Source: Convolutriloba macropyga (lineage: Eukaryota). Taken from it: a DNA stretch of 64,000 bases. Positions within the stretch are counted from its first letter, which is position 1; every line of letters starts with the position of its first letter. Under the pieces are notes generated by a model. It did not search any database. It saw only the letters and a list, made by a program, of their open reading frames with translations, and was not told the DNA's origin. The DNA lies in contig NC_134475.1 in the NCBI RefSeq assembly GCF_964194025.1, positions 15,066,001 to 15,130,000 of the forward strand. Direction: 5' to 3'. The position numbers and the translations under genes were made by a program. Below, one piece after another: positions 1 through 14,600 of this stretch.

Positions 1-404
1 AATAATATGGGTGTTTGTAAAAAGTGCGAAAGCAAAAATCTTTAGTGAAGTATACGTGAAAAAATTATAGACAGAAACCTCAACTCAACTTACTAGAGTT
101 TATCAGATTGTTGATTAGTTTGTGTTGATCACATAATGTTGATCAGGCTGTTGATCAGACTGTTGATAAGGATATTCTTAATTACCGCAGGTGTTATGTC
201 TGTGAATTGATGAAAGACTTGAGTTGTTTTATTTCCACAAAATATAGGTCACTGTTTGCAATAAAAAAGATTTGCCCGCATTTTAAATCACAATTAGATA
301 GAAGTGGACTTCAAGAAAATATTTGAAAACAAAATGGTGGTCACAAATGTAATGATTGTTATGATTTTGTAGTAAATTTACTTAAAGCAAAAATTACAAG
401 GAAG

Positions 405-2620
405 CTCGGTAATGTGGATTCGCACTTAACATTCTGACCCTGTCCATCCACATTTTTGGCTTAATTGTCTATCAAATGAGAAAGAGAGGGGAAACTTTCA
501 AAAATACAATTAATGATAAAAAATTTGGCGAAAAAAATTTGCTTCCAACTCAAACACTCAAACCACTTTGTAATGTAAATAATGTCACATTAGAGGGTTA
601 ATGAGACGTGCCATTATTATTACTACGGGACAAAGAAAACATCAAAACCAATTAAAAACAAGAAACATTATTTACATCCAAAACTCAACGTCTTTTTTTG
701 AAAAAAAAAACTTTATAATACAGTCAAAAAAGAGTAAAAATAACATTAACTAAAAACATAACTTTCACTTTAAAAGAAATACTTTATGAAACTTGGTATC
801 ACGTAGCCGGAAAAAAAACCAAAATGCGAAAGTTCAAAAGAACGTTTATCTTTATTAGAAACAATTAATTATAAATAATGAAAACAGTTAGATATCAACA
901 GACATCTTTAATTTAATTCACCTTCAATCATCCCTCTATATGAAATCTTTAAGACCTGTAATCATCCAGATGATTATTCACGTCCACAAATACAAACCAC
1001 AAACACAGACAAAAAACTTTCTTATTAAACTCTGCGAAAAAACGGTGCCGAAGCATTTAAAACCCAAATCTGTTCCGTGAAAAAGAAGATATAATCAATT
1101 ACACATTTTTTGAACACCAAAAATGTGATACGTAATATCTGAATAATGAGACGATATAACAGAGACAGGAAAAAGACAAGATAAGGCAACAAGGCATATT
1201 AAAACAAAATTCGAAGACAATTAATTTTCAAGTCATAAAAAGTTAGCTGTCGACTGAATCATTAAAAACAATCATTCATTGCTCCCAGGAAAAACTTTGA
1301 GATATTTCAATAATCAGAATATGTCATAGATCTACAAAAAGAACGAGAATTACAGATAAAATTGAGATCTGAAACAAATTTTCGCAAAAAACAAGATAAA
1401 TTAGTAAGCAAGGCGCTAAAACTTTAGATTTGTTCAATTTTGTTTTTTTGACATCAATCAGCTGATATGCAACCCGTAATTAATGATACTAGGTGAAAAG
1501 CAGACAAAAAAAAGCACGAATGATCAAAATTAAAAACTACGCCTTTTGTTTCCTATTATTTAATATCAAAGTCACGGAAAAATTTAGAAATTATCTGAAA
1601 TCAGTTAAAGTTTTTTTGTTCATGAATGGGAAGCCTTTAAGACCTGCGGGCAACAAACGAAGACAAAACAAAAATTTCATTTCAATTTTGATAGGAGATG
1701 GTGTCGAAGCTGTTAAAACCATGATCCACCCACTGAAATACATGATATGTTCAATAAAGCATTTTTTTAAAAAAAAGCCAATAATGTAGTATCTGACCTC
1801 ACAATAATATAACAAGACAACACAAAGATGGGAAAATCTCAAAAGTTTTTCAGAAACTCGTAATATTAAAGCCAAAGACTGAAAACATCATCACTTACAC
1901 CAACACCAAACGTCAATAGATATTAGATTTTAACCTTATAAGGTCAGTGCAACCTTTCATTGCTGGCCTTAAAATACAAAATGACCGAAAAAGGATACAA
2001 AATTTCGAAACTCAATAATCCATTGTTCATTTTGTAATTAAGTGATCCTAAAAATTTGAAAGACCATAAGCTTTCAACTAAAAAACTAGATAAATTTCCT
2101 TGAAACTCCTTAGGAAGCCAATTGGAACAGTCACTGATATGCCTTGAATTGTTTTTCTGTTTTTAAAATAAAGTTGAAAAAATTGAAAAAAAAACACAGC
2201 GACTGATTACAATCCGAATTAGTATTAGACCGTCAAAAAACTATTAGACCAAAACTAGTTCTGCTATTGCGTTGAACTAAAACTAGCTCTTTGAAAATTC
2301 TGGATAATGATAATTTGACAAAAATTCATATAACCAAAAATAAATCAAGCATTTTGGAGAATTCTTAATTTAAGTTATCAAAACACTGGCAAAAATTTAA
2401 TTCAAGAAATAAAACAATTAAAAAAATGGTCAAAAATTCTGAAATTGTGAACAAACACAACGAAAATCAGTCAAAAGTTCACTGAACATCAAACATCGTT
2501 GACTCTGCAGAACATTCGAAATTCAAAACAATTTTAGTTAATTATTCTACGCTGGACGGGCTTTGTAATGAAACAAAAAAACCGTTTGAGTACATAGTTC
2601 CTCCCCTCAGTGAATTGTGT
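405..2620 (+). repeat. Long diverged dispersed repeat, copy A
   Basis: Collinear with 37460-40420 (e.g. TTACATCCAAAACTCAA, GATGGGAAAAT) and with an inverted copy ending at ~53968. Confidence 0.75.
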
Positions 2621-3005
2621 CCCCCCGTAACAATTAAAAAAATTTGGTTGATTTAATCAAATTTATGCTACTTTATCTTCCTACGATCATAATTGATATG
2701 CTCTTTCTTTCCCTGAATTTGGGCTTACAAATGCTCAAAAAAACTAAGACCTACTTTGCGTTGATCTAATAAAACAACACGATTTCTCAGTTGTTTCCTT
2801 GCCGCACTACTGTGGTGCAAGCTTTCAGTTTCAATTTTTTTGAGCGTCAAAAATTTTTTGTGATTTCAATTAAGTGAACGTTGCGACTGTTGCTTAAAAT
2901 CACTTTCACCAAACGATGAAATTAGACTTCAGGGCAGTAATACACTGACAGCCATATGATTATATTGTTTACGCATCAAGTATATTTATATAGTTAAAAA
3001 GCGTC

Positions 3006-3609
3006 CCCGGGTCGAGGTTTGCCCAAAAAATAATGTAAGATTAGCGGTGAATAGCGATGAAAATTTTTTTTCACCGCAAAGCGCCCGCATCTTTTAGCGT
3101 TCAATGCGGTGAATTTTTGCGAGTTTAAGCGGTGAAATTTTTTTTTCACCGCATTCTGCGGTTTTCTTACAAAAAAGAAACGGCCGTCCAGGGGTTCGAA
3201 CCTCTCACCTCGTTCATTTCAAAAACGTCTTAGTCCACTGCGCCATCTGTCACTTACTTTAAAGATATTTCTTGTGAATAAAAGATAAGCGTTGAAATTA
3301 GCGCGGTGAATATTTGTAAGATTTGCTATTTTAGCGGGGAAAATTTTTTTCACCGCATTCTGCTAGTAGGAGTGAAATTTTTTTTTCATCGCATTCTGCT
3401 GTTAGCGCTGAAAAATTTTTTTCACCGCATTCTGCTGGTAGCGGCGAAAAATTTTCTTTCAGCGCTTAAGCGATGAAATAAAATTTTTACGGCTCAAAAG
3501 TTTTTTTCACTGCATTCATCGCACTGAACGCAAATCTTACACTTTTACTCAAATTCATCGCAAATTTTACATCTTTTAACGATTTTTAGCGGTGACACCT
3601 CGACCCGGG
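3006..3609. mobile_element. MITE with CCC...GGG ends (CMC/EnSpm-like)
   Basis: 13-bp TIR CCCGGGTCGAGGT/ACCTCGACCCGGG, TSD TC, and many internal GCGGTGAA..TTCACCGC palindromic repeats. Confidence 0.88.
3171..3250 (-). ncRNA. tRNA-derived Pol III-like unit inside the MITE
   Basis: Minus strand has A box TGGCGCAGTGG, B box GGTTCGAACCC, then TTTTTT. No intact anticodon or acceptor arms. Confidence 0.6.
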
Positions 3610-5802
3610 TCCTGGAAAATTGACTTACAGATAAATTGAAGGTTTCAATCTTAGCCGGACGTCAAGTAACTTGAAGATTGAAAATTAAGTAGACTTTTAC
3701 CCCTCTAGATTTTTGTAATCATTGTTTTAAAAACGTTTATTCAGATTGGTTCAATAAAATTAGAAGTTCACTTTCTTGGCAATTAGACAACTCAGGAGCA
3801 AATCAAAAAGCATTTAAGAAAAAAATATTGAGTCTACTTTTCCCAATTGTATTTTTGTTTTTTTTTTCAAAATTATTGGCATTGATTAAGTCTATGAATA
3901 AACAAGACGGCTCGTGTGGGTCTGGGTCAAAAAACTTTCCAACAAACCTAACAAATGTTTCAACCCTTATTTGTGGTCAGAGAAAAGATAAGTGTAGCAC
4001 AATTTGAAAGATACAGACACGGAAAAATTATACAAACACTCGCACCACACATATTACATAAGCAAACGCCAATACACAAATACAAAAGCAACACCAAAAA
4101 CTGTTTAAAAACTATCTTTTCGGCAAGCGTTCAAAATTCATGGTTCGTCACTGTTCATTCAGGTCTTCTTTCAGGATTCTGTGACCTTTTTGAAGCAATT
4201 GTAATGGGAAACGTAATTTTTACATTAAATTAGAGATGTAACATTTTAGAGTTTTTCGAAATATTTTGTCAACTTTGTTATTTGAAAATACGCATTTGTC
4301 GTTACTTAAAGCTGCAATTTGCAGCAAATATAACAGAATTTTTCTAATTCTTCATGATTTCGGACAGCGTTTGCAATCTCCCTCCACTTGTCTCAAACAT
4401 TTAAGGGAATAAACTATCTAGGAGTAGTTCTCAGTTCTCTCTTTCTCTCCCTCTCCTTATCTCTCTCTCTCTCTCTCTATCTATCTCTCTCCAACTCTAA
4501 CAGACACACCAAACTCATTTTAAACACGAACACGCACACACATACCACATATACATACACCAACACAAGCGAGTGCAAGCACATATGAACAGCGACACCA
4601 AAAAACCTTAAAAATTTAAGTGTTTTTTTGGCGTCTGATGTGTTCTCAAGTATCATCTTCTTTTGTTTAAGTGCTGATTAATTTGCTGGAAAACTAGGTG
4701 TTGTTTTTTTGTGGAAAATGTATCGGTAATCGTAAAACTGCTAACGAAATTTGAAATGAACGTTTGGAAATTTTTCGAAATGTTTTGTATCTTTGTTGTT
4801 TAATGAGCACAATTTACCAACTCGCGTGATTAAAATCTCGTGGACGTGTTTTGAAATATATTCAATAAAACCAAATTTGAATTTTTTTAATTTAATACTT
4901 CAATTGGTAGCAAATGATAAGTATTTTTTATAGTTTATTCATAATTATGACAGTTTTTGCCTCTAACCGTGTCTACCATGTAGGGGAACGTTAAATTTTG
5001 TCCTTAAAAGCTCTCATTTACTATCGTTGGAGAACATTAGTTATCTGTATAACTAATTTGTCGGCGCTTTCATTGCTTTAAGTAAAAGTGCTTTTATAGA
5101 AGTTTTTAGTTTTTTTGATATTTCAAATTACAGAAACGCTCACATTCTGGAAAAGGTCAGTTCCAGGAGCATTTTCAGATTACGGATAAGTGGAAAGAAA
5201 TTTCTTGAACTTTTTAGAAAATTTTGAACATTTGTACCAAATGCTTCCAACTGGCGATCGATAAATTCTCTAAATCTCAAATTTGTCCGTGTTTCATTTT
5301 CTAGTTGAAATTGGTTCCAGCGATCTGCTCTGACAATATAAAGAATACAAATTGTAAAAATAAGAACAAATTTTCATCTTTTCTTTTCAAAAATGAATTT
5401 GGTTGATTTGATGTTCAATTCATGAAACTTGTTTTTTTGCGCCTTCCCGAAGCTTTAAAATAATGATATGGCTAATTTATTGAACTAAGAAAAATTGTTC
5501 GCAAAAATAACGCTAGAATTTTTCTTCTGCTTTTATGTTTTGAATTTCAAAGTTGGTTTTTACTGTTTTGAGAACTCTAAATTGCCCGAAGTCTTCTGTT
5601 TTCCAAAAAAAAATTTTTGTATTTAGAAATAAAGATTTGTATAATCGTTTTCAACCAGCAGAAAACATAGAGACCGATAAATTTCAAAAAAAAAACAAAA
5701 TGTTTCATTTTTTAAAAAAACACGAAAGTTTAAGTTCATTGGTTCACTGGAGGGCCATTTTCATCGCTAATATAACATCAATTTGGGTTAAGTGGCTGCT
5801 AG

Positions 5803-6012
5803 GTGCTTTTTAGATGGTGAACGAAGTAAAGTACAGGGTACTGCACAAGCTAACCGCAATTTGCTGGGGTTCTCTGGACATTTGAGCAAAGACGGGCTCC
5901 ATGTCGTGTTTGGAGCTCCTATGTTTGGAACACAAGCAGGATATGTTTTGATACAGTACAGAAAAGATCGGGAGACAGACAAGTTTAATGAATACATGAA
6001 AACCGCAGATAC
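5803..6012 (+). CDS. Integrin alpha subunit, first visible exon (FG-GAP blade ~3)
   Basis: Encodes LLGFSGHLSKDGLHVVFGAPMFGTQAGYV (GFS...GAP...G.V). Donor AC|GTTAGT is phase 2 and matches the next exon. The acceptor is ambiguous (5803 or 5814). Confidence 0.8.
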
Positions 6013-8676
6013 GTTAGTATACTAGACACTTCCTTTTCATCTGGCGGAATATATCCATCGTCGCATTAAAGCTATCCAAGCCCATATCTGTTCTGAAAAC
6101 CGCTAGTTTGTAAAAACAAAAAATAAAAAAAATCGTTTACAGGGATAAGAAATATAATCTGCTTTCATCCTGTGGCTTAGTAAGTTAAAAATTTTGATCT
6201 TCGTTCGTACAGAATAGTTGCTAAGTATAGTCAACCGCTCAAGAGGCAGTTCAACTTCGTTCATTAAGTTTTTGAAAAAAATCACAGTAACTCACATTGA
6301 AAATACTTACTGAGTGGAAATATGAGTTTACTGCTCATTAGTCTAAGATTATGGTCCTATTTAGTTACCTTCCATAGCAAAATATTTTTGTTGTAATAGG
6401 TCGAAATTTTTTGCCATATTTTTTTGATTCTTGAGAGTTCCTATGGCGACTAAAAATTATAATCTAACACATTTACTTAGAATATCAAAGAGTGTTCTAT
6501 TCAAAGAAGACTCCCCTATTTCAAGCAATAGGTTTAAGAGTGCATTGAACCCATGCGATGATGAAAATTACCAAACAATTGCCAGCTTCATCAAAAACTA
6601 TCAAATTTTAAAGCCCTGCAGAGGAATTTAAAACATTCGAAATTATTTGTTCTTTTCCTTGGTGTCTGTTTTCTTCACCCTTATTCTTGTAATCCCACTG
6701 TATTATAGCCTAAAAATTTGATCCTTTTTCATTTTACCGCGCAAAAAATCAACTCCAACATAGTTTCAGCCCCATTTTAGCATTACCATAATTGGAGAAA
6801 TTTAAGTCTCAATCAGTTCTAATTAATCTGATTAATGGAAATTAAAATGTGGATTAAATTACTGCTTGTGAATAGAACATTGCAACACCTCAATCATTTA
6901 TCATTTCACCCCCATTTGATCTGTAAAATAACGGCTCTAAATTGTCGTGAAAATAAGGCAAAAGACTCAATTGTAAAAAGCAAAGTTACAACCATTAGCG
7001 AACTAGTTGTCTCATCTAATCCCCAATAGGGCATTTAAAAGCCATTGAAAAGTGAATCGAGCTCTAGAACAGTTTTTGTTTTTATTATATTTTGAATCAA
7101 CTTGATGACTGCTGATTTTCAGAGAACGTTTTCTAAAAATAAATAAATATTGGCAGTAGATGAGGATGATTTTTATGTATGGAAATTTCTTTCGATAGAT
7201 GACAACAAGGAAGAAACTGACATTCAAATCTGTAGGGCCACTGTCAGTTTCTATTAATTTTGTATTTGAATTGATTCGGGTCTCTTCTGTTAATTTAGTA
7301 TTTCATCTTTGCTCAAGATTTTTAAGTTGACGCACTGCTTCCGGCCTCTCAGAGCTACGTCGAAGCTTCATATCTTAACTCGTTAGAGATTTGATCCCAG
7401 GCGTTAGTTTTTTGATGGGACCCCTAATTGGCAAAACAATTTGTCAATATTTGTACATAAAAGGTGCACAGCATTGCAGCTGACAAACATTTATATATGA
7501 AGTTCATTGAATTTTAGGTGTTAAACATCAGATTAAACTTTGTTCTGATTCGCACAATTATGCCTATTTCAAAATTGGGTTTTCGATTTCAGCTTAGATC
7601 TTTTCAATTGGAAAGTACCAGTTTTTCCGTCTGTCAGAATCAACCATTTTAACACTTTTCTGATTCCGATCAAATTTCAACAAAAAAGAGGTCAGACAGG
7701 GCACGTGTTCTTTTTCGATCAAAGGTATTGAGCAAAAATCCGTTGCTGTCATTACTCTTTGATTTCAAATAAAGGCAAGTTGTTTAATCCGGCACTCCTC
7801 AAGGGCAGTGGTTTTGCGTTATTTGGGTCCTTTAAATTTTAGCTCTGCTTATTGTTCAATTAATTGGTCGCCAAAATAGAGAAAAAAGTTTTTGTGTGAA
7901 ACTGATTTTGGGGTGAATCAATTGCACAGGGTTAATTGTCTGAGGGGCAAAGTTATATCGTTTTAAATAATGGGAGGTTAAATCAATCGGGGTGAAAAGA
8001 AGTAAAACGCTTTTTTTCTAATTCCTCAAAATAAGGTGCATACCAAATTTTCTACGTTAATTTTAAAGTATCCTAAAAGTATATTGATTTTTACTTGTTG
8101 TATATTTGTCTTTTTTCATGATTCGGCAAAGTGAACACTTTTTGCGAGTAAATTTACTCTATTTTGTGAATGTTCTCCGATTGCTCTTAGCAACGTATCA
8201 TTTCGACACAAATCACAGAAATCCCAATTTGCAAGTAACTGCACAAAAGACCTTCGCTACTTTTAAGGAGATCAACTGCAAAATCGATTGATCGACAAGA
8301 TAGACAAGTTAGTTATAATGTGAAACTTTGTTTTTCAATGTCAGATCTTAAGTAACTCTTTAAAGCAGTTCGAGAAATCAGTTGTATGCTATCTCAAACA
8401 TTTGTTGCTATTTTCCATAAAGTCCCGAAATATACGTTTTCGGGCGTGATGTTAAAAAAAGGTTGGACGATTGAAGTTTTAAGTGTTCAGTTCAAATATC
8501 GTGATAATAATTTTAGTATAAAAAATAAAGTTCGCTGTAGAAGCAGTTACAAGCCAATTATTAACAAATTATACGAGGTATTCGCTCACAAGTCCTCATA
8601 ACAGTGATAATATAGAATTTTGGAATATTCACAAATGTCCTTCTTGATGAGTGCAAACTCCAAAATTTGTTTCTAG

Positions 8677-9049
8677 GAAGCTCTTCTACCTGTGTGATCC
8701 TGACAAACTGAAAAAGTACAAAGGATACGACGAATCGGGAAGAGAAGATATTTTACTGAACTCATTTGCGTGCGACCAAGACATGACGCTAGGGTACTCG
8801 CTGACATCGCTGCAAATCGGACGTGGGAATGTCTACATAGCTACTGGTGGACCACGCGCTTTCGGATTGAAAGGGATGATCAAAATTTTTAAGTTCAATG
8901 GCAATGAACAATATGTAAAAGATTCCTTCACGTTCATTGATCCTGTCATTGGGGAGGAATTCAACTCCGGATTTGGGACATCAATTGTGGGGGCTGATTT
9001 GGACGGTGATGAAGTTGATGAACTCGTTGTGGGAGAACCCTACCGTAGC
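8677..9049 (+). CDS. Integrin alpha exon (FG-GAP blades ~4-5, Ca-binding loop)
   Basis: Phase-2 acceptor TTTCTAG|G. Encodes LGYSL...TGGPRA..KG.I.IF and GEEFNSGFGTSIVGADLDGDEVDELVVGEPY. Donor AGC|GTGAGT is phase 0. Confidence 0.92.
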
Positions 9050-10847
9050 GTGAGTAAAAATAGCAGCAAAGTGATCAAAAAGTTACTTTTGTTCAACTCT
9101 CGTTCCGATAACGACTGTTGCGTAATTTACCGATGAATAGCACGAAAATATGAAAAAATGGCAAAACTCTGTTTCAGAATTTGGGTATCTTTTCCGCCAG
9201 TCTTTTCTCGCCACTTTTGATAAATGAAGAGTGGCCAGAAAAAAGTGGAGCAAAAAGAAAGTTTGTTGCGGCGTAAGATATGCAAATGTTATAATCGCAA
9301 CGAATGTTGATTTAAAACTACCACACGATTGTTATCGCCCTCTCGAAGTTATCCAACAGCTGAGCAATGAACGAGAAAATGTAAGAAAACAGAAATTTCG
9401 GAAAAGACATTGATGATAACTGATCAGGAGGGAGGTCATCAGTCAAAAAAAATGTAATGAAAGAAAAAACAGTGACCCAAAAAAATTGTTTTGCCAACAG
9501 GTCATTGAGTGAATGCCTTTGGATACCAAAGAAATCAATTAAACTAAATATGTGAATGAACGGAGTGTCCATGACCAAAATGTTGCAGTGAACTTACAAT
9601 AAAAAACAATTTGCGCCAAATAAGTTTTGTGGCGCATTTCGATTTGTGGCTGAGTCTGAGTGAGTGTGCGTGTGTGTGAGTGAGCGTCTGTGTTTATGTG
9701 AGCGTGCGTACGTGCGTAACAAAACAAAAGAACTCACACAAAAAGAGAAAAATCAAAGTTTAAACAAAATTCCACAGAAACAGAAATTTATTGTTACTCA
9801 TAGTCCAAAAAGTCATTGTTTCTCTTCAAACAGAAACTGAGTGGAAACGGCATATCTTTGTTTACCAATTGCATATACGAAAAAACTAACAAAAAGCAAC
9901 AAACGCAGTGAAATCTTACATCTAATTTTCCTTCAATAGCCATTGCCAAAGAGTTGTGTACTGTAGTCCCCGAAGAACTATGATTGTGCATCATTAGATT
10001 ATTATTTCCAGCAGTTACTCCATACCATGAATCGAATTCTCACGAGAAAAGACAAAAATGCCGGGAAAATAACGAACTAGTGGAAACAGAGTAAGAAGAG
10101 TTTTTATTATTGAGAACTGAATTAATAAATCATCATTTATTTCCTCCAACTGTATCATCTCAGCAAAACAGAATTTCGAAAAACTCTTTTGCAGAAAGAT
10201 TTTGTGAGTGGCTTTCGGATGGTACAACTTATGACTTCCTCTGATGAATTTAAGGGTTGGGTGTCGCAAATTTCAGATTAAAAAGAACAGGCCAACATGT
10301 AGTTTAATCTCTCATTACATGAACTGGTTCAAACAAAAATAACTTTTGAAAAATCTTAAATGGTTTACCGCATAATGTATGCAAATAATCAAAACGCAAG
10401 TTTTATCCGACACTTTAGATTTTCACAGAATGAAAAAACACGGAAATGAAAGTATCAATCAGCAGGAGATCAAATTTTGAAGACAGTTTGCTTATTGAAA
10501 CAATCGAGAGAAGTTTGATTTCCTCCAATTAATTTCCATCTGTCAGCTATTGCTTATTCCACGCCTGATTTAATTGTTCTGGGTTTTTTTTACCTCTCTA
10601 AGTGTTCATTAGAAAAAATGCTATTTATTCTGATTAAAATTCCACGCTGAGCAAAAAGCTATTACCTCATAGTTTTCTTTAATTCAACTTCGTCAGGCGA
10701 TAATCTCCCATATTAAACAATTTTCCTCAAAAAGCTCAGCAAAAAAAAGGTTTAAATTAAAAACAAAAATTCAACTTAAAAGGACTAGCTCATTTTCTCT
10801 CTCCAACAGCTATTAACACATACATATACCCACAAAGTCAAAAACAC

Positions 10848-10951
10848 AGACGCACACACACACACACACGCACGGACAAAGCACATACGCTCAAACATTG
10901 TCTCTTTCAGTATTTCCTTTTCTTTTTCTCTTTTGGTCTTCGTCTCTCTCC

Positions 10952-11034
<83 letters not shown>

Positions 11035-11620
11035 GCGCTCTATCTCTCTTTTTCATCATTTTGTAGTCTTTATTTTTTACATTCTTTTGTTTTTCCTCAA
11101 TCACCACTTTCTTCTTTCTCCAGTTTGTTCAGTTTTTTCATTTGGAGTTGCTTCGTTTAGTGTTTTGTGGGTTTGCTGTGTGTTTTCTTTTTTAATCCCT
11201 GTTTCTACCAACTCGTTTATCTTTTTCCACTTTTGCTTTTATGTGACTATAAATTTCCACTTTTTTCTTTCTCTCTCTCTATCTCTCTCTCTCTCTCACA
11301 CACACACACATACACACTCATATGTCTCCCTCTTTCTGTCTTTTTTTGGTTCTTTCTTTCTTTCTCTTTCTCTCTCTCTCTCTCTCTCTGCCTATTTTGC
11401 TTTTCTCTGGGTTTCTGTCCATTGTACATTATCTCTGGTCTATATTTCAACCTTTCATTGGTCCTCATTTTTTCTCTTTTGCTTTTCCTTGCAGTTTTCT
11501 CTATATCCCACCTTTCGTTAGTTTTTTACCTTAATCAGGTTTCTTTCTTTCCGTGCCGTATTCATGTTTCCGGTGCCCTTTTCTTTACTTGTTTTTTTGC
11601 TTTGTTTTTTTAAAATCAGT
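10848..11620. repeat. (CA)n/(TC)n microsatellites and long pyrimidine-rich low-complexity tract
   Basis: (TC)n at ~10945-11030, with further TC/CA runs at 11270-11390. Confidence 0.95.
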
Positions 11621-14600
11621 TTGGGCTGTTTTGTCTCTTAATTGGAAGTTGTTTTGTTTCCCACGATTGCAATCAATGCTACAAAATAAAAATATCTAAA
11701 TAGACAGTAGGTTAAAATTGGTACTCGGTTTTTAACTTAAACTTTATATTGCTCTGTTTTCTTTTGTGAAACTTTGAACTAGAATAGAAACTTTTTTGGC
11801 TGAACTTTTCTGTTTTGTCTACTCGTCTGGTCATATCAGTGAAATGATTGCACGTACATCAGAGTATGTCGTTTTTTATACTTATGAAATGTAAAACACA
11901 CAGATAGCTTTTACGGACCTGCTCGTTGTCCATTTATCAACTCTCATTGGTTTAACAACACTTTCATAATTTTGCGATGAAATAACCTAATAGTTCCCGA
12001 TGACTACTGCAATCATCCGAGTTAGATAACAAACGTAAGGTAAAAATCACCCATCGGTGCAGCGTTTTTTACACCTATAGTTGGCCTTTGTAACATAGAT
12101 ATTGAGGTTTTTTATGCCCAGGGAGCAGTAAAGCCAAAAATTTAAAACTTGATTTTACACTATTTGGGCCTTTAATTAGGAAAAACAGTGCGCAAACGTT
12201 TTGTTTATACTCTTTTCTATTTTCCTCTTTATTGTTGCAGAAAAACTAAACGTGGAATTGAACAAACATGGAAAAAAGATGATTGTTTTATGAGAATTCG
12301 CTGTTTTGCTTATTTTTGTCATTTGATTATTGGACAGAACTTTGGAGACAGAACAAATACTCCGTCGTGTTGAATAGCCGCAGTGATTTGTATTTTCCCT
12401 TCATCAGATCCCATGATCTCCTAAATTGCTCAACTGCTTGAGTTAAGGACATAGAGTTTAACTGGAAACGTCCAGTTATCTCTGGCATGCGTCACAGGTA
12501 CTCAAAATATGTTATTGGAGTAATGTCATTTGATAACTCAGCGTCATTTGTCATTTACAATTCAATGTGCAGGAAAGTATCTGTCTCATGCCTTCCTTAA
12601 AACTTTACTTTCTTGCTACCTAAGTTCCGTTAAGTTGACATTCGCCAGCATGCCAAAAAATTTGACTGTTTATCACTTGCCTGACTAATCGAGTTATCAA
12701 TGTTGGCGTCTTTTTATCCCTGCAATCCAGTCCCTAAGTGATTGGAGTGGAGTTCTAGTGTGGAAACTGTTCCGTCCCTACATTTAACCTGTTCAAACAC
12801 GCACTAATAGGAGGTCCCTTAACGCCCGTAAACAACGACTCATCCAACCTGCGCTTAATAATAACTAGTAATCTTCTACTTTGCAAACAGTTAACCGGAT
12901 ATCAGCTTATAGTTAACGGCGACAAGCTCTAACACCGTAGGTGATGAGCTTTCACCCACCTGTATGCCCATAATAGCTAGTCGCATTGCTCTTATGAGCA
13001 CGTGACCACTTTGAACTCTTAATCTAAATGGCAGGCGCCAGCCGAGAAGCACTTTAAAACTGTTAGCTGAAATTTAATGGTTCGAGAAAACAACCCTATG
13101 CTACTATACTAATGTTTGTTCAGTTTGAAGGAATCCTCTATCGCTCGCAGAGTTATGGTTATTCAAGCCTTGAATTTTGGGCTCTATACAGATATCATCG
13201 AAATGAATCACTTTCGTTTTGAAGCATCCGGATTTTTTGGACATAAAAGCACTCACGCTTTTAAAATATCGCGGATGTTATGTTCCCAAAATTTTCTAAA
13301 TGCGTCTGAATTGAGTAAAAAAAGCGATACACCAAATTGGGTTGGAAACTTTGTTTTCTCAAAACTATCAATAATCTACATTGTGTGCGATTTTTTGTCT
13401 TGGTAATGTTTATTTCTCAAAAGGAATCAACCTAAAATCGGGATCGAGACTGAAAGTGGACAATAGGCAGTCAAAAAGAATGCTAGACTTGCTACTCCTG
13501 ACCCTGTTTTTGTCAGTTGACTTACTTCAATGTAAAAATGTATGTTTTAGCTACACATAGCTTTGCGACCTTTTATTTTGAAAATGATCGAAATTTTGCA
13601 ATAAAATACTACAAAGATTCTAATGAAATGGACAATTTCAGACCTTACCATACAGATTTTACTATCTTCAAAACTGCTTTTTTGGGGTCCGGGAGACAAA
13701 TATTTCTGAAGCATAATCTGTAAGTTTGACTTTTAGACCAAAATGGCTTTGAAAAAGGAAAATTGGAATTTACTTAGACATGCGTTGTTGACAGTATAAT
13801 CCGCAACTTCCTTCGTTCAGTCAAACGTAGTCTTCAAATAACACCATCTCCAATGCGGTGATATAGAAAAACGGAGAGCACCATTTTTAGGCGGTCAACA
13901 TACAGGCCGCAATTCAGTATCATATGCTTCTCGAATTCATATAACCCGAGAATTTAATACATCTTCTACTCTGACAAGCCCAAATACTTATTTAGGATCA
14001 TACTTTAGCTCGCTCGAACAATTTATGATCTGACCTCAGTTCGTCCAAACTTTGGCTCGACTTCAGTTCTCTTCAATTTTTCTGATCTGAATTTGGCTCG
14101 TCTCAGGCCCTGTCTTGCACCGTGTACTTATAAACACCCCCCCCCCACCGGCGCGTTTAATCATAAGCAATTTTGAAGAACTATGACCTCGAACTGGGAT
14201 ATGAGTTTGAAAGAGATTGATTTCAGAACGATCTAACAGACACATACAATTCTGGAGTGGTCTCAATATACAAGTACTCAAAAGCTGCCAACAAGTTTAG
14301 CCTGAAATATGTGCTCCAGTCGCCCAAACCTTCTCAGTCCAACATGTTTGGGTTCAAAGTGGCATGTCTGGGAGACATGGACGCTGATGGTAACTAATTT
14401 ATCATTGGATCTTCTTTTATTTCGGTACCTAGTTTTTTTGAACATATTAACCATCCCCCCCCCCCCCCCGCAAACACACACGCACACACACACGTGTTAT
14501 ATAGTTATACCTACCTATTACAGTTTGTAGCAGGGAGTCATGAAAGCGTTGGGGGCATATGATATCCAAAGCCTGATTGTATCTTCTTAGCATTAGAGAA

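Noticed and set aside
3181-3250. Functional tRNA gene
   Set aside because: A and B boxes are present, but there is no pairing acceptor stem or anticodon arm.
10898-11613. Long ORFs (207 aa, 148 aa) rich in SL/ER
   Set aside because: Translations of (TC)n microsatellite and low-complexity DNA.
13116-13406. 96-aa ORF as the missing integrin blade
   Set aside because: It has FG dipeptides and a possible acceptor, but no DxxxDG/GAP motif and no compatible donor, so it is not supportable.
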